A DNA stretch of 64,000 nt, taken from the IMG/VR virus record IMGVR_UViG_3300029554_000003, positions 13,064 through 77,063 of that record. One strand, 5' to 3'. Under the pieces are notes generated by a model. The model had not been told where the DNA came from. It was given only the letters and a program-made list of their open reading frames with translations, and searched no databases. Shown here piece after piece: positions 1 through 10,041 of the stretch (position 1 is its first letter; each line of letters opens with the position of its first letter). Made by a program: the position numbers and the translations under genes. The DNA comes from a virus (Duplodnaviria > Heunggongvirae > Uroviricota > Caudoviricetes).

Positions 1-2
1 TA

Positions 3-536
3 AAGCGACAAAAGGCTGCGACAATTGAAGCGTTTCAACGTGAACAGGCGGTTCAAGATTCTAAAGATGATTATCGTATCATTGTCGAAGATAGTGATAA
101 AGCAGATATTGATATTTTAAATTCGTTTAAGAACCGCCTTTCTAACCCAGAAATTCTTTCAAAGCTAATCTGGTCAACGTATTTCCAGAAGAAAGCAAAG
201 GCTTTATTTATCAATATTGTTGGCACTGAAAAGACTTGCGGTATCTATAAGATTACAGACATAAATGATACAAAATGCTATATAGGTCAGTCTGTAGATA
301 TTGTAAATCGTTTTACACAGCACTGTCGTTGCGGATGCGGTATAAAGACACCTAAAGATAACAAGCTGTATGCGGCGATGCTTAAAGATGGTTTAGACCA
401 ATTCACATTTGAGGTTGTAGAACTTTGCCCGCAAGAAGAATTAAATGAAAAAGAAAAATATTATATTGATGTATATAATTCAGTTAACTATGGTTTCAAT
501 TCACAGGATGGTGTAAATGGGAAAAGTAACGATTAA
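3..536 (+). CDS. GIY-YIG nuclease-domain protein, 5' truncated by window edge
   Basis: Frame 3 open from window start: ...KTCGIYKITDINDTKCYIGQSVDI..RF.QH...LY.AM.K.G...FTFEVVE...LNEKE.YYI..YNS...GFN; TAA at 534-536. Not in the ORF track (no start in window). Confidence 0.85.
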   Translation, partial: KRQKAATIEAFQREQAVQDSKDDYRIIVEDSDKADIDILNSFKNRLSNPEILSKLIWSTYFQKKAKALFINIVGTEKTCGIYKITDINDTKCYIGQSVDIVNRFTQHCRCGCGIKTPKDNKLYAAMLKDGLDQFTFEVVELCPQEELNEKEKYYIDVYNSVNYGFNSQDGVNGKSND

Positions 537-1197
537 TAGTAATACTATTAAGAATCCTATTACGTTAATTGGAGAAATGGCTGGCCCTTGTTATGGCACA
601 GATACCAGTAACGTAGAGAAGAATTATAAACGTGGTCTTTCTTGTATCAAAGATGGGCATTTCCGCACACTTGAGTTTGGAGAAGTATGGTTTGTTCTAG
701 AAGGGTATTCAGCGAAGGTAATTCGAGAATTTTATACCCATAATGGTGGAGCGCCTACACGTCTACAGGCAAGTACGCGTTATATCAAATATCAAGATTT
801 TGATTATGTAGTTCCTCCTAAGATTGCAGCAAATGAAGATGCTAAGCAAATGTACGATTCTTGTATGAAAGCTATTGCCGAAGCTACTACTTATATGCAA
901 AAGGAATGTGGAATTCCGCAGGAAGATGCAAATATGGTTCTCCCTCTTGGAATGACAACGACTGTTAGTTGTCGTTTCAATAGCCGCACACTTATGACAA
1001 TGGCTGAACAGCGTCTATGTACTCGTGCCTATTGGGAGTTTAGACAGCTAATGAAAGACATTATTGAAGCACTATCTGAATATTCTGATGAATGGAAAAC
1101 TATCTGTGATTTATTCTTTAAGTGTAAATGCGACAAAGCCGGTTATTGTTTAGAGCATAAATCATGCGGGAAATACCCTAAAAAAGTTATTGACTAA
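517..1197 (+). CDS. thyX: Flavin-dependent thymidylate synthase (ThyX-like, variant motif)
   Basis: GH..TLEF, QASTRY, E.A..VLP, N.R.L, RLC.RA.WE.R motifs; canonical RHR replaced by THN. Confidence 0.85.
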   Translation: MGKVTINSNTIKNPITLIGEMAGPCYGTDTSNVEKNYKRGLSCIKDGHFRTLEFGEVWFVLEGYSAKVIREFYTHNGGAPTRLQASTRYIKYQDFDYVVPPKIAANEDAKQMYDSCMKAIAEATTYMQKECGIPQEDANMVLPLGMTTTVSCRFNSRTLMTMAEQRLCTRAYWEFRQLMKDIIEALSEYSDEWKTICDLFFKCKCDKAGYCLEHKSCGKYPKKVID

Positions 1198-1218
1198 AAT
1201 TTAAAAACGTGTTATAAT
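1190..1218 (+). promoter_or_regulatory. sigmaA/70-type promoter
   Basis: TTGACT-17 nt-TATAAT with extended -10 TG. Confidence 0.8.
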
Positions 1219-1258
1219 ATGTGATATATATTGAAAGAAAAATTAGAAAGGAAATTGA

Positions 1259-2212
1259 ATGTTTTCAAAGACAAATAATTCATGCCATGTTGAGGGATAT
1301 GTATTTTCAACTGACCGCCTTGCCCAGCGTGTCTCTAAAAAAACCAACACTCCTTTTATTAACGGCACAGTAAATGTAGCCACTGATGATAAGGGCCTTA
1401 ACGTTGTCCCTGTATTTTTCCGTTACGTTACTGAGACTTTTAAGAGTGGCAAGCCTAATCCCGCATGGGAGATTCTAACTGCCCTAATTGACCATGAGGG
1501 TTCAGATACGTTTGAAGTTGTAGGTACTTCTGCTCTCAAGGTTCGTATTGATGGTTCTGTCGGCACAAATGATTTTGTATCTCGTGATGGTGAAGTTGTT
1601 TCTCCTAAGCGTGTCGAGGGCCAGTTTATGCACGTTATGACCAACGAGATTTCTGAGAATCCTGCGACATTCGATGTCGATATGCTTATTGCAAATGCGG
1701 CTGAGCGTGAGGTTGAAGATGGTGATGATTTTGTAAATCTTCGTGGCTACGTCTTTGATTATCGTGGTGGCATTCTTCCCGTTGATGTTAATGTCCGTTC
1801 TAAGGGTGGTATGGATTATTTTATCGACCAAGATATTTCTAATAAGAATCCTCTCCTAACTCATATCAAGGGTTCTATCGTGTCTCAGGCCATCACGACT
1901 GAGAAGACTGAAGAATCTGCATTTGGTGACCCAGTAGTTCATAAGGTCGTTCGTCATGTTCGTTCTTGGGATGTTACTTGGGCTGCGGTCGAACCTTATG
2001 AGTGGGATGATGAATCTACCATCACCAAAAAGGAATTCAAGCAGAAGTTAAACGAGCGTGAAGAGCGTATGGCAGAGGTCAAGCGTAATCATGACGAGTA
2101 TCAGGCTAATCGTAACGGTGGTCAGAACTTTGCAGCAGCAAAGGTAGTCGCAAATGTTGAAGCTCCAGTAGATGAAAATGAAGATGATGATGACGAGGCA
2201 TGGCCTTTCTAG
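1259..2212 (+). CDS. Single-stranded DNA-binding protein (putative)
   Basis: Beta-rich OB-like body, acidic tail ending DDDDEAWPF, replication context. Confidence 0.7.
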   Translation: MFSKTNNSCHVEGYVFSTDRLAQRVSKKTNTPFINGTVNVATDDKGLNVVPVFFRYVTETFKSGKPNPAWEILTALIDHEGSDTFEVVGTSALKVRIDGSVGTNDFVSRDGEVVSPKRVEGQFMHVMTNEISENPATFDVDMLIANAAEREVEDGDDFVNLRGYVFDYRGGILPVDVNVRSKGGMDYFIDQDISNKNPLLTHIKGSIVSQAITTEKTEESAFGDPVVHKVVRHVRSWDVTWAAVEPYEWDDESTITKKEFKQKLNEREERMAEVKRNHDEYQANRNGGQNFAAAKVVANVEAPVDENEDDDDEAWPF

Positions 2213-2381
2213 TCAAGTAGCAGACAATTAAATAAATAGGGGAGAGATTAAGTTCTATCCCCTATAAGATAGAAAAGGATTTAAAATGGAATTTAATTTT
2301 ATGTCATATGCGGTCCTGCTGCCAAGTGCTCGGAGTGCGCCGCAAGATAGCGAATAAGTTGCGTAAAGCCGGTGAAGGGGG

Positions 2382-2651
2382 ATGACCGAGAAATACATCG
2401 GAAAGGCCAGACACTACAAGCACAACAACGACTTGTTCTGGAAGTATAGAGACATCGTACTTGACAATAATGGCAATCCTGTTACGGACGATAACGGCAG
2501 ACTTGTATGGCTCCTGCTCAGATGGAAGGGTTGCGACAACGCTGCATGGTGGACGAAAGGGTACAAGGATTGCAAGCTGTGCCGCGATGAAGGCAAGACG
2601 TACCGCATCGACTTTACCAACTGCAACGTCTACGAGGTCGTAAGCGAATGA
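2382..2651 (+). CDS. Hypothetical protein in GC-richer patch
   Basis: 89 aa ORF preceded by GAAGGGGG. Confidence 0.45.
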   Translation: MTEKYIGKARHYKHNNDLFWKYRDIVLDNNGNPVTDDNGRLVWLLLRWKGCDNAAWWTKGYKDCKLCRDEGKTYRIDFTNCNVYEVVSE

Positions 2652-2676
2652 GCTGTGGAGTGAAGGCGGTGAGCAA

Positions 2677-2995
2677 ATGCTAACAGCGGATGGAGTCAAA
2701 TTCCTAAAGGAGCTTCAAGACAAGTTGAATACGCAAGAGACGTTTTTGTCAAGCGGACCCACGTTTCTGAGTAGTTGAGCAGGATCGCTGGTACACATGC
2801 CCAAATGGTTACGAAGACCGCGTTGTTGTCGTAGACAACGAAAGGTGTGACACAATGACTCTTGGGCAGGGCGTGAAAGCAGCATTTTCTAGCATCCAAA
2901 CGAAGTTTAGCAGCGAGGACGCAACTGAGTGGCTAAGCAATTGGGGACATAGCACTTGCCGCCGATACAATGTTATTTATCTAAATCGTATTTAA
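2677..2995 (+). pseudogene. Degraded phage hypothetical gene
   Basis: MLTADGVKFLKELQDKLNTQETF, frameshift in T5 run (2743-2747), then CQADPRF-TGA(2768)-VVEQDRWYTCP...NRI*; resembles the FLKELQ..LNTQ..DCQA.PRFW phage protein start as I recall it. Confidence 0.6.
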
Positions 2996-3043
2996 TAGTA
3001 GATAGCAAAAGATTAAACCAAGAGAGAAAAGAGAAAGCAATAT

Positions 3044-4060
3044 ATGTCAATTGATATTTTTAATATTGAACCTCACAAAGTTAGTCGTTCGCTAGAGGGC
3101 TATACAATCATGTTTTATGGTGAGCCTAAGACTGGAAAAACATCAACAGCAGCCAAATTTCCAAAAGCCTTACTATTAGGTTTTGAGGTTGGCTATCTAG
3201 CAATTGGCGGCGTAAAACCGCAACCTATTAACAAATGGTCTGAATTTAAACAGGTTCTAAAGCAGTTAAAAGACCCGAAAGCTCATGAGCTATACAGCAA
3301 TATTATTATTGATACTGCTGACATTGCTTATGACCTTTGTGAAAAGTACATCTGCAATCAGGCTGGAGTCTCTGCTGTAAATGAGCTACCTTATGGTCAG
3401 GGGTGGTCTAAAACTAGTAAAGAGTTCGATGAATGTCTTCGTTCCATTCCTCAGATGGGCTATGGTCTAGTAATGATTTCACATAGTCAAGACAAGACTT
3501 TTACTGATGAAAATGGTAGTGAATATAACCAGATTGTTCCTACTCTTGGCAATCGTCCACGTCTAATCGTTGACCGAATGAGTGACGTTATCGGTTACGC
3601 CCATCCAGTAGAAGAGGAAGATGGCCGCACTCATACTGTCCTGTATATGCGTGGAACCCCTCGATTTGTGGCTGGTTCTCGATTTAAGTACACGCCTGAT
3701 TCCATTGATTTTACCTACGATAATCTTGTCAAGGCTATTGGTGATGCAATCGACAAGCAAGCAGAGGAAGATGCTGGCAAGTTCGTGACTGACGCACGTA
3801 CTACCGCATATGATATTAACGATGGCCCTGACTTTGAAGCTATGAAAAACGAGTTCAAGGAACTGACTGTCAAGATTCAGCACAGCGTTTCTAAGGATGA
3901 ATTCAAGAAGTTATGGGCGCCTAAGATTATCGAGATTACAGATAAGTATCTTGGTGTCGGCAAGAAGGTCAATGACTGTACTGCTAAGCAAGCTGAGCAG
4001 CTTTCACTTATCCTTGATGACCTCAAAGACTTACTGTCTAATGGAATTGATGTAGCTTAA
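3044..4060 (+). CDS. AAA ATPase, Sak4/AAA_24-like recombination protein
   Basis: Walker A GEPKTGKT, Walker B IIIDT, ISH motif; near SSB. Confidence 0.8.
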   Translation: MSIDIFNIEPHKVSRSLEGYTIMFYGEPKTGKTSTAAKFPKALLLGFEVGYLAIGGVKPQPINKWSEFKQVLKQLKDPKAHELYSNIIIDTADIAYDLCEKYICNQAGVSAVNELPYGQGWSKTSKEFDECLRSIPQMGYGLVMISHSQDKTFTDENGSEYNQIVPTLGNRPRLIVDRMSDVIGYAHPVEEEDGRTHTVLYMRGTPRFVAGSRFKYTPDSIDFTYDNLVKAIGDAIDKQAEEDAGKFVTDARTTAYDINDGPDFEAMKNEFKELTVKIQHSVSKDEFKKLWAPKIIEITDKYLGVGKKVNDCTAKQAEQLSLILDDLKDLLSNGIDVA

Positions 4061-4066
4061 TTTTAG

Positions 4067-4096
4067 AGACCGTCCACAATTGGGCGGTCTTTTTTA
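4067..4096 (+). terminator. Intrinsic terminator
   Basis: AGACCGTCCA-CAAT-TGGGCGGTCT followed by T run. Confidence 0.8.
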
Positions 4097-4125
4097 TTGA
4101 CAAAATCTCCTGAATATGTTATAAT
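4097..4125 (+). promoter_or_regulatory. sigmaA/70-type promoter
   Basis: TTGACA-17 nt-TATAAT with extended -10 TG. Confidence 0.85.
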
Positions 4126-4149
4126 TATATTATAAAGTTAGGAGAAAAT

Positions 4150-4668
4150 ATGGCGAAACAAAGACTTGTTAAATGTCCATATTGCGGCCAGATGATTGAC
4201 CGTGATTATGAGTTCGATTGGAAAAAGATTGGCAACCGATATTGGCATGATGAATGTTATGCTAAAAGCCAAGAGGAAAAAGAAAAAAATAAAGATAAGC
4301 TGAAAAAGCAGCGAGAAGCAGTTATGAAAATGGCTGGAAAATATCTCGGTGCATATGCAGATTATCAGAAAATTGCCCTGAACATGGGGCAACTCATTCA
4401 AGCTGGTGTTACATATGAGCAGATGGCTAAGGCTTTAAAGTATTGGTATGAAATAAAGCATAATGACCCGAGCAGGTCAAATGGCGGCATATGGATTGTC
4501 AAATCAATTTATATCGAAGCAGAAAATCATTTCAAACGATTGGACGAGATTAAAGCTATACAAAGTAAAGAACAAGTGAATACAGATATTACAGATGAAC
4601 ACCGTGTATTTGTGCGGCCAAGGGATGTAAATATCTATAGGAAAAAGCCACGTTTCAACTTAGAATAG
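4150..4668 (+). CDS. Zn-finger protein upstream of helicase (possible loader/initiator)
   Basis: CPYC...WHDEC; RBS AGGAG. Confidence 0.55.
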   Translation: MAKQRLVKCPYCGQMIDRDYEFDWKKIGNRYWHDECYAKSQEEKEKNKDKLKKQREAVMKMAGKYLGAYADYQKIALNMGQLIQAGVTYEQMAKALKYWYEIKHNDPSRSNGGIWIVKSIYIEAENHFKRLDEIKAIQSKEQVNTDITDEHRVFVRPRDVNIYRKKPRFNLE

Positions 4669-4680
4669 AAGGGAGGATAT

Positions 4681-5364
4681 TTGATTAGTAAATACTATGA
4701 TTCTGTCGCTGCATTACAGGTAATTGGATGTTGTATGCGGAAACCCGAATACTTGGCGGCAGATGGACAATACTTCTTTTCAGAACACGACTTTTGCAAT
4801 GACTTACATAAGGTAGTATTTGGTGCATTGTATAGTCTATATAATGCGGGTGTAACTGACCATCTTGCACGAGAAATTGAGAATTATCTTAAAGATAAGC
4901 CGAAAGCATATGCAGTCTATAAAGCTAACAAAGGTAGAGAATGGATGTTTGAAACTCATGCGAATGCTCACCTAGATGCTTTCGAGTATTATTATAATCG
5001 TTTAAAAAAGATGTCTCTGCTTCGCGCGTATGATGATGTTGGCGTAGATGTATCTGATATTTATGACCCAGATAATATCTTAGATTCTGCAAAGAAGCAG
5101 GCACAAGACGAGTACCTTGATGGTACGACATTAGAGCAGTTAGCAGATGATGTAGAAGGTAAGTTTTATTTTATCAGGGACTTATATGTAGACAATAACG
5201 ATAATGATTCTGTTGCTATTGGTGATAATGTTCAAAAGATTGTAGATGAATTAGCACAGCATCCTGCTCGTGGCTGGGCAATGTTTGATATGTATGAAGA
5301 TGCAATCGCTATGGGCGCACGACCTGGCCGCTTTTATTTAAGAAGTGCAGCGACAGGTGTCGGT
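4681..5364 (+). CDS. dnaB: DnaB-like replicative helicase, exon 1
   Basis: Ends inside Walker A (SAATGVG); joined to exon 2 gives GVGKSRT and a 520 aa protein. Confidence 0.85.
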
Positions 5365-5594
5365 AAAATGATTTGCCGACAATAAACTGGGGAAAAATCT
5401 GGAACCCTAAACCAAAAGGCAGGGGAATCAGAGGTGAAGGTTAATTTTAAATTAACCAGCCGCAACGCATAGCAGGTGAAAAGATATAATCCTGCCACGA
5501 GGCCCCAGCTTTCTTTATAAGAAAGAAAAGATATGCTGAACTTGCGGGAAACCGTAAGAACCGTAGGATAAAAAGCCTATGGGGTAACAAATTG
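5365..5594 (+). ncRNA. Group I intron, 230 nt, no ORF, in helicase P-loop
   Basis: Exon ends in U, intron ends in G; IGS TGATTTGCCGACA pairs with TGTCGGT|AAATCA (P1 and P10); P3 CTGGGG/CCCCAG; P7 GCATA/TATGC preceded by AAGA; removal restores frame. Confidence 0.9.
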
Positions 5595-6473
5595 AAATCA
5601 AGAACTGGTGTTGCTGATGCTTGTTTTTTCTCATGTTCTGAGTATTATTCAGATGAAGGTAAATGGGAACGTTTATATAATCGAGTACCTACTTTATATA
5701 TTTCGGTAGAACTAGACATTGAAGAGCTTACAACTATGGCATTAGCTTTTATCGGTAATATTCCAGAAGACCATATTGTTGAAATGGATTTACTTACTTT
5801 TGACGAGGAAGAGAGATTAAAGAAAGCAGTACAGATTCTAGAAGAAGCACCACTTCGTATGGAATATCTTCCTAACTATGGCATGAAAGATGTTGAGAAT
5901 TGTATCAAACGCAATATGCGTAAATATAAATATCCACGAGTAAATGAACAAGGCAATACAGATTACCTAACTTTTCAGTGTGTTGTCTTTGACTATTTAA
6001 CTTCATCTATTAAGATGATTGAGGAAATTTCACATGGAACTGGGATGAAAGTACGCGAAGACCAAATTCTATTTCTTATGTCATCTAAACTTAAAGAAAT
6101 AGCTGTCGATAACAACGTTTTTCTTCTATCATCTACTCAAATCAATGGTAGTTACAAGCAAGAAAAAATCCTAGACCAGAACATGCTAGCTGGCGCAAAA
6201 TCAATTGCAAACCGAATCGACTATGGTGAAATCATGGTCGATTGCACAGATGAAGATATTCAAGATATTGAAGGTGTTTTGGCACAGCATCCTGGAATGT
6301 GTCTACCAAATGTAAAAAGAAGCGTATATAAGAATCGACGAGGAAAATTCAATCGTGTTATTTGTTGGATGCGCGCAAATAAAGGTACTTGTCGATATAA
6401 GACTTTATTTGTAACTGATTTCTCTTTTAAACCAATAGACAAAGATGAAATTTTCCAAAAGAAGAAAGAATAG
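5595..6473 (+). CDS. dnaB: DnaB-like replicative helicase, exon 2
   Basis: KSRT..., LYISVEL, Walker B VVFDYL, STQIN, GAKSIANRID, KNRRG. Confidence 0.85.
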   Translation, partial: KSRTGVADACFFSCSEYYSDEGKWERLYNRVPTLYISVELDIEELTTMALAFIGNIPEDHIVEMDLLTFDEEERLKKAVQILEEAPLRMEYLPNYGMKDVENCIKRNMRKYKYPRVNEQGNTDYLTFQCVVFDYLTSSIKMIEEISHGTGMKVREDQILFLMSSKLKEIAVDNNVFLLSSTQINGSYKQEKILDQNMLAGAKSIANRIDYGEIMVDCTDEDIQDIEGVLAQHPGMCLPNVKRSVYKNRRGKFNRVICWMRANKGTCRYKTLFVTDFSFKPIDKDEIFQKKKE

Positions 6474-6476
6474 GAG

Positions 6477-7556
6477 GTGCGGGAATTGGGATACGATAAA
6501 GCAAAAGTAAAGGAATCAATTGAACCAGAAAACGTATATGATATTCTAGAATACTTTGGAGCAGAACCAGAAATGTATTCTGATTATATCATTTCCCGCA
6601 CAATCTGTCACAATGGCATCGGTGAAGGTTCAAAGAAGTTATATTATTATTTTGAGAATAGTATATTTAATTGCTATACTGAGTGCGGCGCATTTGATAT
6701 TTTTGAACTTGTTGAGAAAGTTAAAAATGTAGACCTTAATTCCGCAATCTATTTTGTGGTTAATTTCTTAAATCTTCAAATTGATTTAGATAATGATATT
6801 GATTTAAAAGATAGTCAAGAAGACTGGAAAATATTTAATAGATATAAAGAGCAAAAAGATGTAACTGTCAATGATAATACTATTGAGCTGCCAGAATATG
6901 ATATATCTATTATTCAGCATTATCCTCAACCTATTATTTCCTCTTGGTCTAATATCTCAAAAGAAGTATGCGATTTTGCGCAAGTTCATTATGACCCTCT
7001 TGGCGGCAATATTCTTATCCCGCACTTTGACCAGAATGATAGATGTGTAGGTATTCGACAAAGAACTATTATCCAAGAGCAAGAAAAAAAAGGAAAATAC
7101 AAGCCTTGGCGAGTTCACGGTGAACTTTACAATCATGCTCTTGGCTTTAATTTGTATGGTCTTAATTGGGCTAAGGAAAGAATTAGAGAAATACAGACTG
7201 CGGTTGTAGCCGAATCAGAAAAGTCGGTTCTTGCCTATATGTCATATTACGGTACAGGTAATAATATTTGTGTCGCAACATGCGGCAGTTCCTTGTCTAA
7301 ATATCAATTCAAACTTCTTAAAGATGCAGGATGTAAAGAAATTGTTATCGCATTTGACCATGACTTTGATGAATATGGTTCAGATGAAAGTCTTAAAGTT
7401 GAAGAAAAGATTGCCAAGATTGGTAACAAATACAAGCCATATATGAATATGTCTGTAGTTTTTGACAGAGAAAATATCTTAGGATATAAGGCAAGTCCAT
7501 TAGACCAAGGTAAAGATGTATTTATGTATCTATTTAAGAATAGGATTATGCTATAA
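6477..7556 (+). CDS. DNA primase (Zn-binding plus TOPRIM)
   Basis: TICH...CYTEC Zn finger; AESEKS and IAFDHD TOPRIM motifs; start may be TTG at 6486. Confidence 0.85.
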   Translation: MRELGYDKAKVKESIEPENVYDILEYFGAEPEMYSDYIISRTICHNGIGEGSKKLYYYFENSIFNCYTECGAFDIFELVEKVKNVDLNSAIYFVVNFLNLQIDLDNDIDLKDSQEDWKIFNRYKEQKDVTVNDNTIELPEYDISIIQHYPQPIISSWSNISKEVCDFAQVHYDPLGGNILIPHFDQNDRCVGIRQRTIIQEQEKKGKYKPWRVHGELYNHALGFNLYGLNWAKERIREIQTAVVAESEKSVLAYMSYYGTGNNICVATCGSSLSKYQFKLLKDAGCKEIVIAFDHDFDEYGSDESLKVEEKIAKIGNKYKPYMNMSVVFDRENILGYKASPLDQGKDVFMYLFKNRIML

Positions 7557-7780
7557 TGGGTATTATAATTGGACAAATCGTAGTTTTAATACTTATACTT
7601 ATGTTTCCGATTCTTTTATGTCTTGCTATCATTGCAGCTTGTATTATTATAGATAAATGGGTAGATATTATATTTTATCCTTTTGAAATTCTTCGTGATA
7701 AGATTGATAATTATAGGCAGCAAAGAGATTTAGAATCATGGTACGAAGAAAACGAAAATCGCCAAGAGGATGATAAATGA
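7556..7780 (+). CDS. Small membrane protein
   Basis: Long hydrophobic N-terminus; TAATG coupling to primase. Confidence 0.55.
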   Translation: MGIIIGQIVVLILILMFPILLCLAIIAACIIIDKWVDIIFYPFEILRDKIDNYRQQRDLESWYEENENRQEDDK

Positions 7781-8012
7781 TATGACAGAAGATGATAAAT
7801 TAAATATTCTTAGCTATCGCCGCAAGCATCAGCGCTGTCGATATTGTAAATATTATTTTTATCCGTATGTGCCGCATGAGTTAAAATTGACTAGTGCCGT
7901 TCCTCCTGAATGTGCTATTAAAGATAAGAAAATTTATCCTTATATTCTAGGTTTTAAAACGTTAGCAGGATGTATGTGTAAAGAGTTTGGAGTTGATGAA
8001 GATAGATTATAA
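7770..8012 (+). CDS. Small Cys-rich hypothetical protein
   Basis: CRYC...C...CMC; overlaps both neighbours. Confidence 0.55.
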   Translation: MINDMTEDDKLNILSYRRKHQRCRYCKYYFYPYVPHELKLTSAVPPECAIKDKKIYPYILGFKTLAGCMCKEFGVDEDRL

Positions 8013-9744
8013 ATTATATAAGCCAACATTAGATAGCTTAACACCTCAACAACAAATTTTATATAATAGAGATATTCCAGTAGAAGAGCAAAGTAGTTGG
8101 CTTAATGCCTACTGGAATGATGTAAATGATTTTCATTTACTAAAAAATATTAAAGAAGCAGCTGTAATGATTGTTAATCATTGTATGTGGGCAAGTTCTA
8201 AGATTACTATTTTACAGGACTGCGATTGCGATGGATTGACTTCGAGCGCTATTATGGCTAATTATATTTATCATATTTGTAGCAAGGAACCGACCATCTT
8301 AATTCACGAAGGAAAAGCTCACGGACTTGCAGACATTGACTTGGACAATATTATAGACACTACTAGTCTTATTATCCCAGACGCGGCAAGTAATGATTAT
8401 GAACAGCTTAAATATTTGCATGATAATGGTGTAGATATTGTAGTTTTAGACCATCATCATTGCGAAAAATATTCTGAAGATGCTATCGTAGTAAATAATC
8501 AATTAGATGATTATCCTAATAAGAACTTTAGTGGCGCAGGTGTTACATGGCAGCTTTGCCGTCAAATTGATGAAGATGCTGATTTTGATTATGCGAATGA
8601 CTTAGTTGATTTGTGTGCTCTTGGTTTATGTGGTGACATGATGGATTATCATGAAAAAGAAGTGAGAGCGCTTGTCAATATTGGTTACGCTAACGTTAAA
8701 AACAAATTTTTTAAAGCATTTGTAGATAAACAAGAGTTTTCTTTAAATAAGATGAATGGACTTAATTATCTAAGCTCTAGCTTTTATGTAGTTCCTTATA
8801 TTAATGCATGTTGTCGAACTGGTGAAATGGTAGAGAAACGTCTTCTTCTTAGCGCTCTTTTGGATTATAAATGTGATACGATGATTCCATCATCCAAAAG
8901 AGGTGAAAAAGGTAAAGAGGTTCCTATTTGGCAAGAAGCTATCACTGTTATTGAACGAGTAAAACGTAGGCAAACCAAGCTACAAGATGAAGCTATGGAG
9001 TTCTTTGAATATCAGATTCAGTCTAAGAAGCTGACTGATAACGCTATTATTACCTGTGTATGCGGCAAAGACGATGCTGAACCAGGCATCTTGGGTTTAA
9101 TCGCAAATAAAATCCAAGCCAAGTATCAGCATCCTACATTAGTCTTGCAGGAAGTCGAAGAGGAAGACGAAGTACATCTAAAAGGGTCTGCTCGTAATTA
9201 CTCTTATTGTCCTGTCGAAGATATGCGTAGTCTTTGTGAAGATACTGGTATTGTCGATTATGCTGCCGGGCACGGGTCTGCGTTTGGACTTTCATTGCCT
9301 TTATCGAACTTTTATGAGTTCTTAGATAAGACCAATGAGCAATACAAAGGCGTTGATTTTAAACCTGTCTATCTCGTGGATTACGTCTGGGATTATGATA
9401 GAGTCAATCCTAAATATGTTCTTGATATTGCAGAATTGAATATCTATGGTCAAGATATTCCAGAGTCTAAAGTTGTAATAGAAGATATTGCATTAGACAA
9501 TGTTAATGTCCAGCTTCTAGGCGAAGCCAAGGGACATCCTACTATTAAGATTTCTCTACCTTCTGGTGTAGATATTATGAAATTCAAGTCTTCTAGAGAA
9601 GAGTTTGAGGAATGGACAAGTGGAGAAAAGAAGCTAACCATTGTCGGCAAATGTTCCAAGAACGAATGGATGGGAAACGTTACGCCGCAAATTCTAATTG
9701 ATGACTTTGAATTAAAAGACTATGAAGAGGAATGGGTATTTTAA
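7996..9744 (+). CDS. recJ: RecJ-like ssDNA exonuclease (DHH family)
   Basis: DCDCDG, LDHH, SGAGV, GSAR, GH..AFG motifs. Confidence 0.9.
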   Translation: MKIDYKLYKPTLDSLTPQQQILYNRDIPVEEQSSWLNAYWNDVNDFHLLKNIKEAAVMIVNHCMWASSKITILQDCDCDGLTSSAIMANYIYHICSKEPTILIHEGKAHGLADIDLDNIIDTTSLIIPDAASNDYEQLKYLHDNGVDIVVLDHHHCEKYSEDAIVVNNQLDDYPNKNFSGAGVTWQLCRQIDEDADFDYANDLVDLCALGLCGDMMDYHEKEVRALVNIGYANVKNKFFKAFVDKQEFSLNKMNGLNYLSSSFYVVPYINACCRTGEMVEKRLLLSALLDYKCDTMIPSSKRGEKGKEVPIWQEAITVIERVKRRQTKLQDEAMEFFEYQIQSKKLTDNAIITCVCGKDDAEPGILGLIANKIQAKYQHPTLVLQEVEEEDEVHLKGSARNYSYCPVEDMRSLCEDTGIVDYAAGHGSAFGLSLPLSNFYEFLDKTNEQYKGVDFKPVYLVDYVWDYDRVNPKYVLDIAELNIYGQDIPESKVVIEDIALDNVNVQLLGEAKGHPTIKISLPSGVDIMKFKSSREEFEEWTSGEKKLTIVGKCSKNEWMGNVTPQILIDDFELKDYEEEWVF

Positions 9745-9996
9745 ATGAAACTTCAAATTGAAGAAGCTGAGCTTAGGAATCTTGCACACAAGGCATCGCG
9801 TTATGATATTATTATGGATGCTCTTATTCGTGAAAAGTTTGGTAAAGTTGATATTTATAGCGATTGGGAAATAACTGAAAACTATATGCAAGATATTATC
9901 AATCAGCAGCCGAGTAATATTATACCAGTAGATAAAGATAAAATTAAAGAAACTCAAGAATGGTTTGACAAGCATCCTGACTTTGGCACAATGTAA
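9745..9996 (+). CDS. Hypothetical protein
   Basis: 83 aa ORF abutting recJ. Confidence 0.6.
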   Translation: MKLQIEEAELRNLAHKASRYDIIMDALIREKFGKVDIYSDWEITENYMQDIINQQPSNIIPVDKDKIKETQEWFDKHPDFGTM

Positions 9997-10004
9997 TTAA
10001 ATAG

Positions 10005-10041
10005 AAAGCCCTCTAGTTTTTATTGACTAGAGGGCTTTTTT
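10005..10041 (+). terminator. Intrinsic terminator overlapping next promoter
   Basis: AAAGCCCTCTAGT...ACTAGAGGGCTTT plus T run. Confidence 0.85.

Noticed and set aside
2768..2770. Stop-codon reassignment (TGA read as Trp)
   Set aside because: Single case beside a frameshift; standard-code ORFs tile the window and TGG is used throughout.
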